From Rhynchopus sp. YZ270_cl-10 (taxonomy: Eukaryota), in the NCBI GenBank assembly GCA_964035575.1, contig OZ037842.1:1178001-1242000 (forward strand): 64,000 nt of DNA, read 5' to 3'. Of this stretch, positions 59,276-64,000 are shown in pieces. The stretch's first letter is position 1, and each line of letters opens with the position of its first letter. The notes under the pieces are model-generated. The model did not search any database, was not told where the DNA came from, and saw only the letters and a list, made by a program, of their open reading frames with translations. A program made the position numbers and the translations under genes.

Positions 59276-62200
59276 ATGGGGGGTGGCAGTAGCAAAGACA
59301 CGCGGCACCTGCAAGAGACAGAGGCGAAACTGAAGGCAGAGCTGACAAGGCTTGTGGAAGTATGACATCGTTTATTTCATATATTTTTTTTGTTTTGTAT
59401 CTTAATGAGGTGATCCAGCGCACACTTTTCCACACGTTTTCACACCGTGAAAACGTGTGAAAACAAGGTGAAAATGTGTGAAATTAAGTGAAAATGTGTG
59501 AAACCAAGTGAAAATATGTGAAACCATGTGAAACACCAAGTTTTTTTTCTGGAGGAATCCACTCAGAGTGCGTGAAGCAGTTTTTTTTTCACTTTCGTAC
59601 ACACTTTTTCACACCGTGAAACCATGTGAAAATGTGTGAAACCAAGTGAAAATGTGTGAAAAAGCGTGAGACTGTATCACCTCACTTAATCTGTTTTACT
59701 GTCACGAGAGGGCTTTGTATTTCAACCCCACTTTTTTGTTGAATGAAATAATTGTTGAAACCTTATTAGTGAATGAGCTCTATGTATTTTGTGATGTTTA
59801 CAATAGAAGTAAATCCTTCAAAAATTTTATAAAGTGGCCAAAGCGGTGCCAAAAAAAGCAGGGTTTTCATGATAAACCTTTTCCTTCTTCTTCCACCACC
59901 TCCTCTACAGGTAACCCACTATGAACTGCTCACCCCAGCGTACATCGGAGGGAAGCTGGAGGAGCTTCTCCAGGTGCGTCTCACGAAGGAGCAGCAGGAG
60001 CTGATAAGGCAGCATGTGGAGAAGGTGCTGTCGAGCCACTTTAAGTCGCAGTACAAGGTCATGGAGATTCTGGGGAAGGGTGGGTACTCTGTGGTGCACA
60101 CGTGTGTGAAGCAGACGGATCAGAGTGTGCATGCGGTGAAGGTGATTGACAAGCAGAAGCTGTCCAAAAACGCGCTGAAGTCTCTGAAAGAGGAGATTGC
60201 GACGATGCGGAAGCTGCACCACCCTCGCTTGATCTCCCTGCGCGAAGTGTTTGACCACGGCTCCACGATCTACCTGGTACTCGAGAAGGTGGAGGGTGGG
60301 GAGCTCTTCGACGAGATCGTGAGACTACAGAAGTACTCCGAGCACACTGCGGCAGAGGTGCTGTACAACTACCTCGATGGGCTGCGCTTCATGCACGATG
60401 CTGGCTACGTCCACCGCGACATCAAACCAGAGAACATCCTTCTCCTGAGGAAACCCAACGACTCCACCGACGTCTGCGCTGAGCTCAAGATCGCAGACTT
60501 CGGCTTTGCCGCCCACGTCGGTGAAGAGGAGCCACTGACGACCTGCTGCGGCACACCACGATACATCTCCCCCGAGGTTCTCAACGCGGGCCTCTTCCAA
60601 AAGATCAAAGGCTACGGCAAGACATGCGACATGTGGGCAACCGGCGTCATCACATACATCCTGCTCTTCGGGAAGGCACCCTTCTACCATAAGGACCGCA
60701 ACCAGCTGTGGCACCACATCACCAACGGCATTTGGTCCATGCCGCCCGAATCTGAGAAGCTCTCCCCAGCTGCAGTAGACTTTATGCACAACCTTCTTGT
60801 TGTCGACCGGCACAAAAGGTACACAGTGAACCAAGCGATCAACCATCCTTTCATCGCACAACGTGGAGACCACGCGCACGCTGAGTTGGAGACAGCGCTG
60901 GCGAACCTGAAAGACTTCAACGCGAAGGAGAAGTTCAAGGGTGCGATCTTTGGGGTGCAGTCGTTGTCTCGGGTGAGCTATATAAAAAAGTGTTTGGACC
61001 TTGGTGTGAAGGCAAATACGGGGCTCATCAAATCGATGGACAACGGTGATATCTGCGACGATACAGTGCACCTCGACCTGACAAAGAACTACGTCGGCGC
61101 AAAGGGCGTCTGTGCGGTGCTCGAGGCGGTCCGTGAGGGATGTCCAAAGCTCAAATCGATAGACCTCTCCGGGTGCTCCGTCAACAACACCGTTGTCACA
61201 GCGCTGTGCGAGGTGGCAGAAGGGCACCCCTCCTTGGAGACAATCAACCTTCGCAACAACCCTTTGTATGTAACATTCTCTTTACCATTCTTTTAAAATG
61301 ATGCGAAAGTTGTCAAAATCAGGGCATATTTGTCTTATCTCTGGATTAAAAGCATTAGAGTCAGTAGAAGGCAAAGACTCTCTGAGGACGCGTGAGTCTT
61401 CGGGTGTCAAATCCAACTCCGCCTTAGAGAAATCCCCAGAAACCTGTGCCAGCCCCTCCCAACTGCATTTCCGCTTCACCTGCGTCCAGTGCTGCAGCAA
61501 TTGCATGGACTGGATGTGCGTTCTTGTACAGACTTCATTATCCATCTTTGCGAGTGCTTCCTCCCTCGGATTGAAAAGATCCTGAGGTGGGCTGTACCGA
61601 AGCGGCATCTCCGGAATTGCCCACCTGCACCGGAAATTCTCCAGGTGCGCAACCACCTGAGCCACCTCAGTGAGGAATACAATTCCCCCTGTGACTTGCG
61701 GGATGTTCCAGAACGCCGCCATTGCTTTCCAGCACTGGATACGGTGGATAGCCCTCTCCACCCTTCCAAGGTACAGCTTTACCTTTTTGAAGTCAACAGA
61801 ATGCACTTGCCCGTCATCGAACAGGGTGTACCCCTTGGCATGGCGAATTGCAGCTGTGTAATGCCCGTGATGCAGTGAGTCCCCCGTGTGCTCTACAATG
61901 CCTCGCAGCTCATACTCCGCGACAAAGAGAGGGTCTTTCAGAAACGCTGTCATGTTCAAAGTCTCTGGGCAGTGCTAGCTAAATTAAAACGAATTATCAA
62001 CGACGGCATCCCCATATCCCCCACAGGTCCTACACCGCGGGTATCGCGATTTTGAATCTTTTGAAGCAAAACCCTCGCATCAAATCATGCGACCTTGAAA
62101 ACACCAAAGTGCAAGACGGGATATTGAGGCAGATCAGCAGACAACTCGAGCAAAATAGGTATACCCCCTACCACCCCTTTGTTCAAAGGTGAACAAACAC

Positions 62201-62500
62201 ATAAAAAACTTTAGCGGTGTCCATCTGTCTCAAAGTCCAGCGAAGTTTCTCTTCTTTGCTTTCAAAGCATATGACACTACGTTTAAAAACACTACGTTCA
62301 AAAACACAACGTACAGGAGCAATAAAATGAAGGACTACTTCGGCAAGACACGCCCCTCTGAAGCCATTGTACTGGAGGGCGAACATAAGACCAAATCCGA
62401 AGAAGAAATACTTGCTGCCGCAGAGGCCGACCAGGCTGAACACAAGGAGGAGGACCTCCCACCGCCACCCCCACCTGAGGAGGTTCCCGTCCAGCCCTGA
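59276..62500 (+). CDS. CaMK-family Ser/Thr kinase with N-myristoylation motif, CaM-binding-like segment and C-terminal LRRs; exons 59276-59359, 59911-61265, 62027-62158, 62317-62500
   Basis: Starts MGGGSSK. Kinase motifs GKGGYS, AVK, HRDIKPEN, DFG, GTPRYISPE and DMW. LKDFNAKEKFKGAI resembles a CaMK autoinhibitory segment. LRRs continue across phase-2 introns. Confidence 0.9.
59406..59685. mobile_element. Small TIR element with internal GTGAAA subrepeats, in kinase intron 1
   Basis: Imperfect TIRs tgaggtgatccagcgcac / gtgagactgtatcacctca, TTAA on both flanks, and many 10-bp gtgaaa-containing units in both orientations. Confidence 0.65.
61282..61974 (-). pseudogene. Antisense fragment of a ubiquitin-specific protease (peptidase C19) C-terminal His box, inside kinase intron 2
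   Basis: CPETLNMTAFL...YELRGIVEHTGDSLHHGHYTA...LFDDGQV matches the USP His box. There is no Cys box and there is a stop immediately upstream. It lies wholly within intron 61266-62026. Confidence 0.75.
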
Positions 62501-64000
62501 TTCCAAACAACACAACCCTCTCAAAAACCATCAAATCAATAAAGAAAAACTTTATTTTAGCTCTTGCTTACGTAAGTGCCCCCCTAGAAAAAAAGCTCCT
62601 GTCCCCAAACCCCAACTTGGTCTTTATGTTTTGATATAATCTGAGAGAACTGCGTAAACCTACAAAAAATTGTGTAGATCCTGATCAAACCCTGAGGATG
62701 GAACGTTTTATATGGAAAAGCTGTGAAAAAATAAGGTGTGGAAAGGGAAAGGGAAGCCCCTCTAAAGAGAAAGGGAGGCAGTTTGCATGGGGGTTTCATG
62801 CCTGTGCCCAGAATGAGGGTTTCTGGAAATTATCAAAACTTCGCCGTTCTTCTTTCCAGGTGATCAAGCATGAGGCTTAGAGTCATCTTACAAAATTTTC
62901 TTTTAATAGCCCCACTGCCTGCATGCATACCGGCAAAAGGAAGGGTGTTGCGTGTGTGCGGATTCAAATAAGATTTGTTAAAGATTTAAGTCTGCGAGAC
63001 ATACTGAATATTATTCGTCTTTTCAATTTATTTATTTTTTTAAAAATCCTGGAAATCTTTTGACAAAAAAAGTTACCAAGGTTGATCTCTCAGGGGATCA
63101 ATTGTGAGGCCCCCCAAAAAAAACATATTTTTCAAAGTTATTTTTTTTTGGATGGTTTGTATCTTATTCGACTGCGATGAAAAAACCCCCTCTCCCCCTC
63201 CGGAAGTAAGGAAAAAAGGTTTAAAATAAGATGGTCGATAAAAATGATATTTTCTCTTTCTCCCTTCATTTTTTTTCTTCTGGTGTGTGCGCTCCTGCTG
63301 TGCGAGTATTCATGCATCTTTTTTTTTATTATTTTCACAAAAAATAAAGTAAAAATAAGAAAAGCAAACTGTACACAAAAACCATACTGATGGATTTGTT
63401 CATTCCACCACCCCCCCTTCACCCAATTTTTGCAAAAAAAAAAAACCCCCCCACACCCCCCTGTTAGTTTTGTGCGATACAAGATTGTGGTGTTTGTGTT
63501 TTTTTCTTCTTGTTTTGATGACCAAGCCTTGGGCTCATCCAATAATTTTTTGTTTTTAAAGTTTGAGATAAGAGGTATGCACGCATCAATCTGTCAACTT
63601 TTTTTTTCTCATTCTTTTTATCTATAGTGTATGTACTCTGCCCGGGGTACCTCAGTTGATTGTTGTTCTTTTCTTTTCTTTTCTTTTTTTTGGAAAAAAA
63701 ATGTGTTGGTAAGGTGGCTAAGTCACGAGACTTAGATTCATCTTTTGTCTTTCTTTTTAATACATTTCTTTGCTTCGAAAGAGGGTTCCATTGGTCGTTC
63801 TGTTTTCTCCACAATAAAACACAATTCTCATATGAGAAGACTCGAATATGTTCCGAGAGGCACAATATCGATTGGCTTTCACGCCAATTTGCGAGGCTTA
63901 AAAATGGGTTGTATTTTATTTAGAATGGAAATTGAACATTTTTTTTTTAAAAGCCAACGGTAGATCTGTCACGCTTTTTTCTTTTGAATCCCCCTCATCC

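Noticed and set aside
55254..59333. ORFs 55254-55886(-) and 58506-59333(+) and many F/K-rich short ORFs
   Set aside because: They are products of poly-A/poly-T intergenic tracts with no coding-like composition.
11880..63750. Hairpin repeats as a CRISPR array or integron attC sites
   Set aside because: They are dispersed at irregular kb distances, with no constant-length spacers, no cas or integrase gene, and a eukaryotic context.

Overview
This is eukaryotic nuclear DNA, probably from a euglenozoan (diplonemid-like). That assignment is an inference from a kinetoplastid-type calpain, the co-orientation of every gene on the + strand, and short GT-AG introns with GTATG donors and A/C-rich 3' ends. 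I can support about 17 protein-coding genes, several reconstructed across introns. They include a predicted mitochondrial PPR protein with a spliced C-terminal DYW-type deaminase domain, an intact-triad calpain with a C2 domain, RPL7a, a C2-type phospholipase D, a DnaJ-AlgH/DUF179 fusion, a degenerate 5'-nucleotidase, an EF-hand/F-box/WD40 protein and a CaMK-like kinase with LRRs. The non-coding DNA holds four hAT-type MITEs with 8-bp TSDs, other TIR elements, two large adjacent palindromes and a (TACTG)77 microsatellite. It also carries about 47 copies, counted by eye, of six families of ~40-nt hairpin elements. Five of these families (A-D, F) share one fold with compensatory stem changes and a T-tract at the 3' end, and orientation is strongly biased by family. 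Coordinates were read by eye and may be off by a few bases. No database searches were run.
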